Counted from the first letter of the stretch, positions 10,180 to 20,496 are shown. The stretch is DNA of 57,927 bases from Bacteroidia bacterium (GCA_016788185.1 JAEUTF010000058.1:1-57927); one strand, 5' to 3'. Program-made: numbers and translations. Notes: generated by a model from the letters alone, not told the origin.

Positions 10180-10941
10180 ATGTTGTCCAAAGCAGTTATC
10201 AAGCACTTGCGTTCATTGCATCTGAAGAAGTTCAGAGACAGAGAGGCGCTTTTTCTGGTGGAAGGGCCTAAGATGGTACAGGAAGTATTACGTTCCGGCC
10301 ACTGGAAGGTGCAGGACATTTTTGCAGTGGATGACTGGATGGCCCCGGCTGAATCCAGTCATGTGCCCTTAACCCGGGTGACTTCGGAGGAGCTTAGGCA
10401 GATTTCAAGTCACATGAGCCCCAATAAGGTGTTGGCTGTCGTCCGGTATGCCGTAAACACCCCGGTTCCTTCGGTTCCGGAAAAGGGCTTGCATCTCCTG
10501 ATTGATCAGGTGCAGGATCCGGGTAACCTGGGAACCATGATCCGGATTGCTGACTGGTTTGGTATCGATTCAGTGATTTGCTCCCCGGATACCGTCGACT
10601 TGTATAATCCCAAAACTATCCAGGCTACCATGGGTAGTGTTTTCAGGGTGCCTGTCCGTTATACCCCTTTAAGCGAACTGCTTGGTAAAAACCGGGAAGG
10701 TGCCGGTCTGAAGGTCTATGCTACGCTCCTGGAAGGCGACAACCTGTATCAGGCCGACTTATCGAAGGATGCTTTTGTGATCATGGGCAATGAAAGCAGG
10801 GGCGTGAATCCATTGCTTATCCAATTCATTAACAAGTCTTTGCATATTCCTACACGGATGAAATCAAACGAACATGCCGAATCATTAAATGTGGCCATTG
10901 CCACCGGAATCGTCTGTTCCGAATGGGCAAGCAGGCTTTAA
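10180..10941 (+). CDS. TrmH/SpoU-family RNA 2'-O-methyltransferase
   Basis: QDPGNLGTMIR, MGNESRG and ESLNVA SPOUT motifs. Confidence 0.9.
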   Translation: MLSKAVIKHLRSLHLKKFRDREALFLVEGPKMVQEVLRSGHWKVQDIFAVDDWMAPAESSHVPLTRVTSEELRQISSHMSPNKVLAVVRYAVNTPVPSVPEKGLHLLIDQVQDPGNLGTMIRIADWFGIDSVICSPDTVDLYNPKTIQATMGSVFRVPVRYTPLSELLGKNREGAGLKVYATLLEGDNLYQADLSKDAFVIMGNESRGVNPLLIQFINKSLHIPTRMKSNEHAESLNVAIATGIVCSEWASRL

Positions 10942-10956
10942 TTTGTTGAAAATAAA

Positions 10957-11349
10957 TTAGTTGAGCTTAGATGGTACCACCATCTTGAATTCAGGGATTT
11001 TAACAAAAAACAATTTCTTGTCGTATTGGCGCTCCATCAAATAGGTGCCAAACATCTTTCCCAACTCGGTATTAAGGTTACAGCCGGAAACGTAACGGTA
11101 GGTTTCACCCGGAGCAATGAAAGGTTGTTCGCCAACCACACCTTCCCCTTCCACTTCACGACGGGTGTTGTCAGAGTCAACAATGTACCAATGTCTCCTT
11201 TTTAAGCGAATGGCTTGTTCGCTGTCGTTTTTAATGGTGATACGGTAGGCAAAAACATAATGAGACTGCGCAGGGTTGCTGTGCGTGGGCTGGTAAAAAG
11301 TTTCCACGCTCACCCTGATTCCTGCTGTCACTTCTGTAAAGATGGCCAT
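10957..11349 (-). CDS. apaG: ApaG protein
   Basis: FAYRITI, RHWYI, VEGEGVVGEQP and YVSGC motifs. Confidence 0.92.
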   Translation of the reverse strand: MAIFTEVTAGIRVSVETFYQPTHSNPAQSHYVFAYRITIKNDSEQAIRLKRRHWYIVDSDNTRREVEGEGVVGEQPFIAPGETYRYVSGCNLNTELGKMFGTYLMERQYDKKLFFVKIPEFKMVVPSKLN

Positions 11350-11455
11350 ATCAGTTATTGATCAGATCAAAAATAAACCCCGGCTCCGACTTAACCAAGA
11401 GTTTTTGACTAAATGGTCCTTTTAAGCGGTAAATGAGGAATTTTGAATGGACAGC

Positions 11456-12748
11456 TCAGAAACCTCCGGCCTGAACTTTCTTGTAGCCTATTAGCTTTTC
11501 ATGACGACTACCGGGTTCCTGCCAGTACACGAAAAAGTCATATTCATTGCGGGTCTCGTAGTGACTGCCTTCGGTTTCCAGTACCGAGTAGGTGCCAGTG
11601 GCATCCAACTGAACATAACGGTAATTGTAATACCCCTGCTTCAACAGGATGGTCAGTTCATAACAGGCGCATGCCGGATTGTAGTTCATCCGGAACCTTT
11701 GGTTAGGATGATCCGGACTGAACCCGCCTTCAAGGTATACCGAACTGGCCGATTCGGGCAGGGCAGACAAAAGCCGGAAATGTACGTTCAGGTAATCTCC
11801 TTCAAGATGCCCATCCCTGCCTTCATAAACCTTTACCAGGAATTTACCATTGATATCATCAGCGGAACTGTACCGCTGGGTAGCCAGTTTTCGGTCGGGT
11901 TTTAAAACAGCGGTAAGTCCCTGTCCGATGCTGTCTTCCGAAAACCTTTCAATCGTTTGCGTGAGGAATCGGGTGGTACGCAGGTCGAGCGGGCGATACT
12001 CGCTGCCGCCTTCAAATACATTTCCTTCTTCCAGGTTGAAGTCAAGCTGCTCACTGGTGGCAAACAGCGGTTTTAATCCATGCGCTTTGTTGTTGTAATT
12101 GCCGTTCTGAAGAATCAGGGTTTTCAGTTCAGCATAAGGATTGTTAAGTCGCAATCCCTTCAGGAAGACGCTGAAGTCTGCTTCCTGGTGCGAATTGCGT
12201 AACTCGATCAAGGTGGCCCTGTGGATATTGGCTTGCAGCTCAACGCGGGGTTCAGCTACATAAAATCTTCTGGTCAGCACAATGGAATCGGGATCCGAAT
12301 GATTGTAAACCACCAGCAGATAATTACCGGAAAGAAGGGGCTTGAGTTGCTGGTTTGGAAAGAGCAGTTGATAATGCCAGTAATCCTGCCGGGTATTGAG
12401 TGAGTGCTTGTAGTCTGTGATGTGATCCGAGTAAAATCCGTCGATAAAATCGCTTTCGCTGATCGGGGAGGGCCTCCATTCGGAAGTACAATGAACCAGT
12501 CGGTAACTGAAGTCCCTGATCTCGTCTTCGAGCAGGTCAAATTGAAGACGCAAGGCTTCGCCGCTGTTCAGGATGATGACAGGATCGCTGAGTGCCTGTC
12601 CGTCTTTTTCCAGTAAAACAGTTTGGATATACGGCACATACACATGGTTTTCAAAACGCATGAAATCAGGCTTAAAATAATCGTCTCCATCCTGTGCGGA
12701 GCAATAGGACATGAGGAAGAAAAGAAGAATATTCAGCTGATACTTCAT
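11456..12748 (-). CDS. DUF5103 protein (T9SS Plug-like)
   Basis: Signal peptide; LVHC..W, SLNT...YWHY, LSGNY, LKQGYYNY and EGSHYETRNEY motifs; next to apaG as commonly seen in Bacteroidota. Confidence 0.75.
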   Translation of the reverse strand: MKYQLNILLFFLMSYCSAQDGDDYFKPDFMRFENHVYVPYIQTVLLEKDGQALSDPVIILNSGEALRLQFDLLEDEIRDFSYRLVHCTSEWRPSPISESDFIDGFYSDHITDYKHSLNTRQDYWHYQLLFPNQQLKPLLSGNYLLVVYNHSDPDSIVLTRRFYVAEPRVELQANIHRATLIELRNSHQEADFSVFLKGLRLNNPYAELKTLILQNGNYNNKAHGLKPLFATSEQLDFNLEEGNVFEGGSEYRPLDLRTTRFLTQTIERFSEDSIGQGLTAVLKPDRKLATQRYSSADDINGKFLVKVYEGRDGHLEGDYLNVHFRLLSALPESASSVYLEGGFSPDHPNQRFRMNYNPACACYELTILLKQGYYNYRYVQLDATGTYSVLETEGSHYETRNEYDFFVYWQEPGSRHEKLIGYKKVQAGGF

Positions 12749-14673
12749 TCGTCGAGTTCAATCAGTTTCAGGTACTGAGCTTCCCACTCGGTTTCTGCAT
12801 GCTTTAAACGCGAATGGCAGGCTTCAAAATCTTTCTGGAGCTTCCTGAATTTTTCACTGTCCTTGTATACGTCAGGATCGCCGAGGACATTGCTCAGCTT
12901 TTCATGTTCAGACTTGATTTTATTGACCTGTTCTTCCAGTTTTTTTACCAGTTGCTCCAAACGGTTTTTGTCATTTTTTTTATCCTTCTGCTGGCGCGTT
13001 GATTCTTCCGTGCTTTTTGAGGGTTTTTTTTCAGTAGCAGGTTTCGGAGTGATGATTTTTTCTTCCTGCTTCAGGGCTCTCTGTTCATGCTGCCAGTGAT
13101 CAAACTCCTGGTAGGTTCCCGGATATTCTTTTAATTCCCTGTTTTCAATATACCAGATTTTATTGGCTATCCTGGAAAGGAAGTATCGGTCGTGTGACAC
13201 CACGATGTAAGTGCCTTCGTATTTGTTGAGTACGTCCACCAGCACGTTCACACTCTGAATGTCGAGGTGATTGGTAGGCTCGTCGAGCAAAAGAAAATTG
13301 GCCCTGGCCAGAATGGTTTTTGCGAGAGCTACCCGGGCACGTTCTCCTCCCGACAACACTTTTATTTTTTTAAATACATCATCCCCGCGCAGCAGGAAGG
13401 CTCCAAGCAGCGAACGCAGATAGGTATCGCTTTCATCCGGGGCAACAGCCTGCAGTTCCTCCAGCGCATCGTTCTCCTTGTGCAGACTCTCCAGCTGATG
13501 CTGTGCATAAAAGGCTGGAATTACGTTGTGGGTAGCTTCTGCATCACCGTCAAACACTTCCTGGCCGGATAACATCCGGAGCAGCGTCGACTTCCCGCGC
13601 CCATTGGCACCGATGAAGGCGATTTTGTCGCCCCTTGTGATTTCCGCGCTGGTGTGTTGCAGCAACACATTCTCACCATAGGCTTTCTTCAGGATATTTA
13701 GTTTACTGATGACTCTTCCGGGCTGCCGGTCCACCGCAAAGCGGATCTTGATGGCCGATAATGGACCGTCTACCGCGTCCACGCGATCGAGCTTTTCCAG
13801 GGCCTTGATCCTCGACTGAACGGCAGATGCTTTAGAGGCTTTCGCTCTGAACCGCTCAATAAAACGTTCCTGCTCTTTGATATACTTTTCCTGGTTTTTA
13901 AAAGCATTTTGCTGCAATTCTCTCCGTTCTTCTTTTTCCACCAGGTAGTCGCTGTAATTTCCCGTGTAAAGGGTCAGTTTTTCATACTCCAGCTCAGCGA
14001 TTTTATTTACAATCTTATCCAGAAAAAAGCGGTCGTGCGATACGATGATCACGGCTCCTTCGTAGTCATGCAGGTAGTTTTCCAGCCACTGAATGGATGG
14101 AAGATCCAGGTGATTGGTAGGTTCGTCGAGCAGGAGCAGATCGGGTTTCTGCAACAATGTTTTAGCCAGCATCACCCGCATCCTCCAACCTCCTGAAAAT
14201 TCTTTCAAAGGGCGGCTAAGGTCGTTCGTGCCGAAGCCAAGTCCTTCCAGGATGGATTCCGCTTTGGATTGCAACTGGTAGCCGTCAAGGGCTTCGTATT
14301 CGGTTTGCAGTTTGTGCAGCCGGTTCAGGATGTCCTCCCCATGTTCCGTCTCCAGTTTAAGCAGTATTTTTTCGATTTCCTGGTGAATGGCATTGGCCTT
14401 CTCAAAGGCTTCCATGGCAACATCCAGAATGGTTTTATCGGATAAGTAACTCAGCAGATCCTGGTTGAGAAAACCAAGAACCAAATCGTTTCTTTTTGAT
14501 ATACTGCCGGCATTGGGAGTGTACTCGCCACTGATGATGCGCAGTAAAGTAGACTTACCGGTTCCGTTGGCCCCGATCAGACCAATTTTTTCCTGAGGGC
14601 GGATATGCCAGTTCAGGTCACTGAATAATGTTCTGGAGCCAAACTCAAAGGTGATTTGATGTAGTACGAACAC
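12745..14673 (-). CDS. ABC-F family ribosome-associated ATPase
   Basis: Two ABC cassettes (GANGTGKS, FSGGWRMR, LDEPTNHLD; GANGRGKS, LSGGE), no TM segments, C-terminal coiled coil; GTG start. Confidence 0.92.
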   Translation of the reverse strand: MFVLHQITFEFGSRTLFSDLNWHIRPQEKIGLIGANGTGKSTLLRIISGEYTPNAGSISKRNDLVLGFLNQDLLSYLSDKTILDVAMEAFEKANAIHQEIEKILLKLETEHGEDILNRLHKLQTEYEALDGYQLQSKAESILEGLGFGTNDLSRPLKEFSGGWRMRVMLAKTLLQKPDLLLLDEPTNHLDLPSIQWLENYLHDYEGAVIIVSHDRFFLDKIVNKIAELEYEKLTLYTGNYSDYLVEKEERRELQQNAFKNQEKYIKEQERFIERFRAKASKASAVQSRIKALEKLDRVDAVDGPLSAIKIRFAVDRQPGRVISKLNILKKAYGENVLLQHTSAEITRGDKIAFIGANGRGKSTLLRMLSGQEVFDGDAEATHNVIPAFYAQHQLESLHKENDALEELQAVAPDESDTYLRSLLGAFLLRGDDVFKKIKVLSGGERARVALAKTILARANFLLLDEPTNHLDIQSVNVLVDVLNKYEGTYIVVSHDRYFLSRIANKIWYIENRELKEYPGTYQEFDHWQHEQRALKQEEKIITPKPATEKKPSKSTEESTRQQKDKKNDKNRLEQLVKKLEEQVNKIKSEHEKLSNVLGDPDVYKDSEKFRKLQKDFEACHSRLKHAETEWEAQYLKLIELDE

Positions 14674-14676
14674 AGG

Positions 14677-15411
14677 TTAAAGTTTAATAAGTTTTCCGCT
14701 TCCTGTAATCTGGGATTTTATCTCAGCAGGGTTGCCTTTGTAATATATATTGCCAATGTATCCAATCTCCGCTTCAAGTTTTTGGGTTGAGGTCACGAGC
14801 ACATCGTTGGTTCCTTTGTTCCGCATAAAGACATTGTCACTTTGAAGGTTCACGCAGTTCATTTTCCCGTAGCCGGCGTTGTAATTGTACTGCGTAAGCA
14901 CCCGGCCTTCTACATAAAGATCGGCAGGGCCGTTGTGCAGGGCAAGCGTAGCGTAGGTGGTGTTTAATTTCAATCGGTAGTTGCCCAGGCAATTGAAACT
15001 GTCAAATCGGAACAGGTAGGTATTTATGGAATCCATGCAGGTGACATCCCCTGAAGCGTTCTCCACGTACAGACTCTGCAGGTTGTTGGTCCATATTTCA
15101 AGGGTCAGGGTAGGATCCATTTTCCGGATCCAGTTGCATTTGTTTTTATTCCGTACCCTCAGAATGCCGTTTTCAATTTTGGCTTCAATACCGTCTATCA
15201 GATTTTTTCCGGCCGTAACCCTCATCCGGGGTACACTGTCTTCGTACAGAATCAGGTCTACATTGCTGGTAAGGTAAATGCCGTCAATTTTCCCCAATGA
15301 ACGTTCTTCGGTACTGAGCGGACCACTACCGTAAAAACAATCACATACATCGCTGCAGGAGCTGAACAGCAGCATGACGGAGGCGAGTAGGTATGTAAAC
15401 AGTCTTTTCAT
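14677..15411 (-). CDS. DUF2807 / head-GIN domain lipoprotein
   Basis: Lipobox FSSC; GSGPLSTEER; C-terminal GNIYYKGNP...GSGKLIK. Start reassigned to MKRL. Confidence 0.75.
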   Translation of the reverse strand: MKRLFTYLLASVMLLFSSCSDVCDCFYGSGPLSTEERSLGKIDGIYLTSNVDLILYEDSVPRMRVTAGKNLIDGIEAKIENGILRVRNKNKCNWIRKMDPTLTLEIWTNNLQSLYVENASGDVTCMDSINTYLFRFDSFNCLGNYRLKLNTTYATLALHNGPADLYVEGRVLTQYNYNAGYGKMNCVNLQSDNVFMRNKGTNDVLVTSTQKLEAEIGYIGNIYYKGNPAEIKSQITGSGKLIKL

Positions 15412-15415
15412 CTTT

Positions 15416-16528
15416 TTATCTGAATCGATATCCAATTCCCCATTCGAAATAATCGGCTCTGCCAAAATGAGTTTTTAAGCCAAAGCTGGCAAACAGCGAC
15501 GGATGAAAATGAAAGCGCATCAACAGACGGCTGTAGATAAAACCATCTTCTTTCATTTTGTTGTATAAATAATAACCGGTTTGCAAGTGTCCGTCCCAGG
15601 CTCCAAGCCGGATTCCTGCTGAACCAAATACCCCTGCCCTCAGGGCGCCATCCAGGAATCCTCCGTCAATGTCATCTTCTTCCAGGCGGACCGGGAGTGA
15701 CTCGTCCACGATAAATTCCGCGCCCCCTCCAAGCAATCCCTTTTTCCCCGCTGCAAAATGATATTGGGCATGCAACACGCTGATGAAAAAGCTGGGTCCT
15801 TCGGGCGGATATTTTTCCTTAAGACCAAAAGCAAGGGTGGCGGTCAATTCATTTTTTCTTTTTTCATCGCTTTTGTCGGCTTTCCTTTTGTATTCGGGTT
15901 TGCCTTCAAAATAGCTGATCCCGGCGTAAATACTGGGGAGGTTGATACCCAGGTTGGGCAATTTTGCTGCGCCGTTGCTAAAGTGAAAAAAATCCAGTCC
16001 GGTTTGAACCTGCAACCGCTTTGACGTGAAAACCCGGAATTGCAGGCCGGTGGTCAGGGTACCGTTTATCCTTGAGCCGATCGCCAGGTTTTTATAATTC
16101 TTTTCGATGTTGAAGGGTTTTTCCACGTAACCCACTCCAAGACCGAACCGGATACCCAGGCGCAGCCTGTTTTTCTTTAAAAGGGGAAAAAGCAGTTGTG
16201 AATAGAGGGCATGACCGCGGCCCAGTTCTTCCGGGTTGCCGAAATTGAAATAGCGATAGCCGACACCATAAAGCGGGAAGTTATAATGGTGGTGCCAATC
16301 CTTTTCCCCGCTGGCCGAACGCAGTAAACTTAACTCCAGGATGCTGGAATGCTCCTTTTGCAGATGGACCATGGCCGGACGGTGGGCAATGATGAATCCG
16401 GTATGAAGGCTGATTCCGAAATTCCATTTGCCGGGAGCCAGCATACTGTCGGCCTGTCCCCGGGCCGTTTTAATCCCGGGCAGGAAGAAGCAGAGAAGGA
16501 ACAGGAGGCGGGGACTTGAGCGCAACAT
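15416..16528 (-). CDS. acyloxyacyl hydrolase (PagL-like lipid A deacylase family) outer-membrane protein
   Basis: Signal peptide, HFSNG catalytic-type motif, PNLGIN, C-terminal EWGIGYRF beta-signal. Confidence 0.7.
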   Translation of the reverse strand: MLRSSPRLLFLLCFFLPGIKTARGQADSMLAPGKWNFGISLHTGFIIAHRPAMVHLQKEHSSILELSLLRSASGEKDWHHHYNFPLYGVGYRYFNFGNPEELGRGHALYSQLLFPLLKKNRLRLGIRFGLGVGYVEKPFNIEKNYKNLAIGSRINGTLTTGLQFRVFTSKRLQVQTGLDFFHFSNGAAKLPNLGINLPSIYAGISYFEGKPEYKRKADKSDEKRKNELTATLAFGLKEKYPPEGPSFFISVLHAQYHFAAGKKGLLGGGAEFIVDESLPVRLEEDDIDGGFLDGALRAGVFGSAGIRLGAWDGHLQTGYYLYNKMKEDGFIYSRLLMRFHFHPSLFASFGLKTHFGRADYFEWGIGYRFR

Positions 16529-16538
16529 GGGGAATTTG

Positions 16539-16580
16539 CAAAGTTAAATAAATGAGCTGCTGCTTTCTTGCCTATTTTTG
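16539..16580. promoter_or_regulatory. divergent -7 boxes: TAACTTTG (minus, 16539-16546) and TATTTTTG (plus, 16573-16580)
   Basis: Both match TAnnTTTG and lie just upstream of the divergent ATGs. Confidence 0.6.
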
Positions 16581-16584
16581 GCGG

Positions 16585-17364
16585 ATGACATCAATGCCGG
16601 AAAAACTTGCTGCCTTTGAGCGTTTGCTGGGAATCATGGACGATCTGAGGGAAAAATGCCCCTGGGACAAAAAGCAAACCATGCAAAGCCTTCGGCACCT
16701 GACCATCGAAGAGGTGTATGAACTGGCCGATGCCATCCTCGATGACAAGCAGGAGGAAATCAAGAAAGAACTGGGCGACATCCTGTTGCACATTGTTTTT
16801 TACAGCAGGATTGCCTCTGAAACCAATTTGTACGACATCAGTACGGTTATTCATGCGCTTTGTGATAAACTGGTGCACCGGCATCCGCATATTTACGGTG
16901 ATGTTAAAGTCGAAAATGACGAGGAAGTAAGCCGGAACTGGGAAAAACTAAAGCTGAAAGAAGGGAAAGTATCCGTGCTGGAAGGGGTTCCCGTTTCGCT
17001 CCCGGCCTTGGTAAAGTCGATTCGGGTGCAGGAGAAAGCAAGAGCTGCCGGGTTCGACTGGGACACCCGTGCACAGGTATGGGAAAAGGTCATGGAAGAA
17101 ATGGAGGAATTCCGGCGGGAGGCCGAGTCAGGCCGTCAGGAAAGAATGGAGGAGGAGTTTGGTGACTTGCTCTTTGCCCTGGTGAACTATGCCCGTTTTG
17201 TGAACATCAACCCGGAGGAAGCCCTGGAGAGAACCAATAAAAAATTCATCAGGCGTTTCCGTTTTATGGAAGACAGGGTCAACCATGAAGGAAAGAATTT
17301 GTCCGATATGAGCCTTGAAGAAATGGATCTCTTTTGGAACGAGGCAAAGGCGAAAGGCTTGTAA
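16585..17364 (+). CDS. mazG: nucleoside triphosphate pyrophosphohydrolase MazG
   Basis: CPWDKKQT, IEEVYE, ELGDILL, HRHPHIYG and EEFGDLLF motifs (two MazG domains). Confidence 0.95.
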   Translation: MTSMPEKLAAFERLLGIMDDLREKCPWDKKQTMQSLRHLTIEEVYELADAILDDKQEEIKKELGDILLHIVFYSRIASETNLYDISTVIHALCDKLVHRHPHIYGDVKVENDEEVSRNWEKLKLKEGKVSVLEGVPVSLPALVKSIRVQEKARAAGFDWDTRAQVWEKVMEEMEEFRREAESGRQERMEEEFGDLLFALVNYARFVNINPEEALERTNKKFIRRFRFMEDRVNHEGKNLSDMSLEEMDLFWNEAKAKGL

Positions 17365-17376
17365 TGGACCATTGAG

Positions 17377-18180
17377 TTGAAAAGGATCCTGCTTTTTGTT
17401 TTGATGATTTCATCCTCCTTGCTGTGCCGGGGACAAAGCAGCCCGGACAGTAGCAGGCACTTGTGGCAGGGCTATTTCCGTTCCTACCTGACCGATACGC
17501 GTGATATCCTCTTGTTTCCACGGGAAATGCAGAAGAAGGACCGGCTTTTTGCGGCCCTCTCCCTGACCACGGTTTCTTTGGCCTTTCTGTTCGATGAAGA
17601 ACTCGAATCCATCATCCGCCACAATGAATGGCGAAGTACAGACGACCGTTGGGTGGATTACAGTTTTTCAAATTTCGGGAACGGGTTATATCCCGGTGCT
17701 GGCGCTTTGGTCTTGTATGGTATCGGCTTGTCGTCTGATAACGACAAGCTGAAATGGTTGTCGATGCTTCAGGTCAAAACCCTGATCCTGGCAGCCGGTT
17801 TCAGCAGGGGGCCAAAAGTCCTGGCGCAGAGACACAGGCCGGATCAAACGGATCCCGTTATCGACGCATGGAACTGGGAGGGCCCGACGAAAGGCTTGAC
17901 CGGCCATTATTCTTTTACCTCTGGTCATACTTTTATGGCTTTTTCATGGGCTGCTGTAACGGCTTCCGCATGTAGTGAAAATAAATGGCTGGTGGCGGGT
18001 TTGTATACCGTGGCCGGTCTCGTTGGTGCATCGAGGGTCTACAAAGGGGATCATTGGGTGAGTGATGTAGCGGCCGGAGCCGTGCTGGGGACGGTATTGG
18101 GTAAGATCAGCTTCAGAATACAGGAACGCAACTGGCAGGTCAGAAAATTGAACAGGAAAACAAACTATGATCGTCAATAA
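17377..18180 (+). CDS. PAP2-family phosphatase
   Basis: C1 K....RHRP, C2 SFTSGH, C3 SRVYKGDHWVSD; TTG start. Confidence 0.85.
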   Translation: MKRILLFVLMISSSLLCRGQSSPDSSRHLWQGYFRSYLTDTRDILLFPREMQKKDRLFAALSLTTVSLAFLFDEELESIIRHNEWRSTDDRWVDYSFSNFGNGLYPGAGALVLYGIGLSSDNDKLKWLSMLQVKTLILAAGFSRGPKVLAQRHRPDQTDPVIDAWNWEGPTKGLTGHYSFTSGHTFMAFSWAAVTASACSENKWLVAGLYTVAGLVGASRVYKGDHWVSDVAAGAVLGTVLGKISFRIQERNWQVRKLNRKTNYDRQ

Positions 18181-18237
18181 TTGTTTTTCAGTTCATCAAT
18201 TAGTATCTGACATCTAACAAAAAAAACCAATTGGAAT

Positions 18238-18714
18238 ATGCTTAAAGTTGGCTCCCGCGTTCCCGCGTTTACCGTTTATGATAGTGAAAAGCAAATTATT
18301 ACCAATGAAACCATTCTCGGGAAAAGCACACTCTTCTTGTTCTTTCCTGCTGCCTTTACCAGTACCTGCACCAAAGAATTGTGTGCCGTGAGAGATGATC
18401 TGGCCAGGTACAATGCGCTTCATGTATCGGTCATTGGCGTTTCAACCGATGCCCTGTTTTCTCTGGCCAGATACAAGGAAGAGCAAGGTTTGAATTTCAG
18501 GCTGGCCTCTGATTTTAACAAGGAAATGAGTGAAGCCTTCGGGGCCTTGTACGAGACCTTTGTTTATGGAATGAAAGGGGTATCACGCAGAGCCGCTTTT
18601 ATTGTGGACCCGCAGGGCATCGTTCAATATGCAGAAGTTCTGGAATCGGCAGGTGACCTTCCGGACTTCAATGCCATCCAGGCCAGGCTGGAAGAATTAT
18701 CGGCAATCGCTTAG
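18238..18714 (+). CDS. peroxiredoxin (AhpC/TSA family)
   Basis: FFPAAFTSTCTKELC peroxidatic motif; conserved Arg in SRRAAFIVD. Confidence 0.88.
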   Translation: MLKVGSRVPAFTVYDSEKQIITNETILGKSTLFLFFPAAFTSTCTKELCAVRDDLARYNALHVSVIGVSTDALFSLARYKEEQGLNFRLASDFNKEMSEAFGALYETFVYGMKGVSRRAAFIVDPQGIVQYAEVLESAGDLPDFNAIQARLEELSAIA

Positions 18715-18806
18715 TTTTACCATGTAGATTCACAGTCCTTTCCATAGCGAATTGGTCTTTTTTATTACCGGGGAATCAAGTATCTTTGGTGCACAACACC
18801 CCAAAC

Positions 18807-19892
18807 ATGAAAAAACTATTTACGCTTCTTTGCGGCCTCATTGCGAACCTGTCCTGGGCACAGATCACGATCACCAATACCGATCTGGCTTCGGCAAACG
18901 ATACCGTACGTTTCAGCGAGGCTTCTGCACTTACCCCGGTTGACCTGAGTCTGACAGGCGCCAATTATACCTGGGATTTCTCAGGCCTTCAGTCTGTATC
19001 ACAGGATGTGGATAGTTTTTTGTCGGTTTCATCCACACCGCTGGTTTATTTTCTTTTTTTCGGATTCAGTTCAAACCTGGCCTCCAGAGGCGTTGACTTG
19101 TCCAGCTTTCCAGGGGTTCCCATCAGCGATGTGTACAGTTTTTTTAACAAATCATCCAATAACTATAAACAAACGGGTTATGGGGCCTCCATCAATGGAA
19201 TAACCACCCCGATTGCCTTCAACAACGACGATATCGTTTACGATTTTCCGGTGAACTTTGGCAATGTAGATTCTTCCGATAGTGATTATTCCATTTCCCT
19301 CCCGGGTTTGGCTACCGCCATCGGAAGCCAGCACCGGGTGAATGTAGTTGACGGGTGGGGGAGTATCACCACCCCTTATGGAACCTTTAATGCATTGAGG
19401 ATCGTTTCAACACTTACCGGAGAGGACTCTGTTTATCTTGACACCTTGGGATTTGGCTTTTCATCCCCCAGGCCGCTCACGCGTGAATACAAGTGGCTGG
19501 CCGATGCCCAGGATATTCCGGTTTTGCAAATAAATACAATAGAAACACTTGGTATTGAAACAGTTTCATTGATTAAGTACAGAGATAGTTTAAGGACTCC
19601 GGTTGGATTGCCGGCCAATTATCTTTCCCACACCCCCATGACCTTGGCACCCAATCCGAGTAAAGGAAGCGATGTGTTGGCAGTCATCAATTTAAAAAAT
19701 GCTGCTTCGCTTGAAGTGTCCATCTATTCAGCCGAAGGACGTCTGGTCGACCGCCGTCAGGTACAATTGCAGGCCGGAAAACAAACCGTTGCCGTCAGAC
19801 CTTCTGATTTGCAACTTAATGCAGGTGTCTACCTGGTTGAAATGAGCAGTCTGGGCGAGCGTTTTTCTGCCCGCATGGTCATTCAGCCCTGA
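18807..19892 (+). CDS. T9SS type A sorting domain-containing secreted protein
   Basis: Signal peptide MKKLF...WAQ; GANYTWDFS and DGWGSITTPYGTF; C-terminal APNP...GVYLV domain; TATCTTTG box at 18781. Confidence 0.8.
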   Translation: MKKLFTLLCGLIANLSWAQITITNTDLASANDTVRFSEASALTPVDLSLTGANYTWDFSGLQSVSQDVDSFLSVSSTPLVYFLFFGFSSNLASRGVDLSSFPGVPISDVYSFFNKSSNNYKQTGYGASINGITTPIAFNNDDIVYDFPVNFGNVDSSDSDYSISLPGLATAIGSQHRVNVVDGWGSITTPYGTFNALRIVSTLTGEDSVYLDTLGFGFSSPRPLTREYKWLADAQDIPVLQINTIETLGIETVSLIKYRDSLRTPVGLPANYLSHTPMTLAPNPSKGSDVLAVINLKNAASLEVSIYSAEGRLVDRRQVQLQAGKQTVAVRPSDLQLNAGVYLVEMSSLGERFSARMVIQP

Positions 19893-19950
19893 TGATGAGA
19901 TTTTGGAGCCTGTAAATTTAAATTCCGATTCTTTATTTAAACGGAAGCAG

Positions 19951-19958
19951 TATATTTG
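19951..19958 (+). promoter_or_regulatory. -7 promoter box (TATATTTG) of the tRNA-Leu pair
   Basis: Consensus match followed by a leader hairpin (ccctttgaag/cttgaaaggg) and then the tRNA. Confidence 0.7.
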
Positions 19959-20004
19959 CATCCCCTTTGAAGAAATTACGCTTGAAAGGGTGATTTATCC
20001 CCCT

Positions 20005-20086
20005 GCCCAGGTGGCGAAATTGGTAGACGCACCATCTTGAGGGGGTGGCGCCAACAGGCGTACGAGTTCGAATCTCGTCCTGGGCA
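20005..20086 (+). tRNA. tRNA-Leu(GAG)
   Basis: GCCCAGG/CCTGGGC acceptor stem, CCATC-TTGAGGG-GGTGG anticodon arm, variable arm, TTCGAAT T-loop, discriminator A. Confidence 0.95.
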
Positions 20087-20150
20087 CTGGAACGTACAGT
20101 TCCCGAATGAAAAAAGTGGTTAAGTAATTAACCGGATATTCCTGAATTTA

Positions 20151-20234
20151 GCCCAGGTGGCGAAATTGGTAAACGTTGCGGTCTCAGAAGCCGTTGGTGT
20201 AACTACCTTGAGAGTTCGAGTCTCTCCCTGGGCA
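20151..20234 (+). tRNA. tRNA-Leu(CAG)
   Basis: GCCCAGG/CCTGGGC acceptor stem, GCGGT-CTCAGAA-GCCGT anticodon arm, long variable arm, GAGAG-TTCGAGT-CTCTC T-arm. Confidence 0.92.
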
Positions 20235-20235
20235 C

Positions 20236-20270
20236 AAAAAAAAATCCCGCTTAATGGCGGGATTTTTTTT
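20236..20270. terminator. bidirectional intrinsic terminator
   Basis: A-tract, atcccgc/gcgggat stem, T-tract; between the tRNAs and the convergent NRAMP gene. Confidence 0.85.
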
Positions 20271-20496
20271 AACCATTTCTCCCTTTTCCTCAATTAATCC
20301 GCACTATCTGGCCTGACTCTATCCGATGATCAGTTGATGGTCAAATGTCAGGATCGCGGTAGAATTCTTCTCCGGTTTTGACGTTGTTAAGATGGATACA
20401 CAAACTGCTTTACACCATTGTTCTGCTATCCTGCTTAACCGGCAGACCGGGACTTTTGATTTTTTGGCCACCTGCACTATGCTTGACGAATGAAGG

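Noticed and set aside
20005-20234. 21-nt direct repeat gcccaggtggcgaaattggta as an att site or CRISPR repeat
   Set aside because: Both copies are the 5' ends of two complete tRNA-Leu genes.
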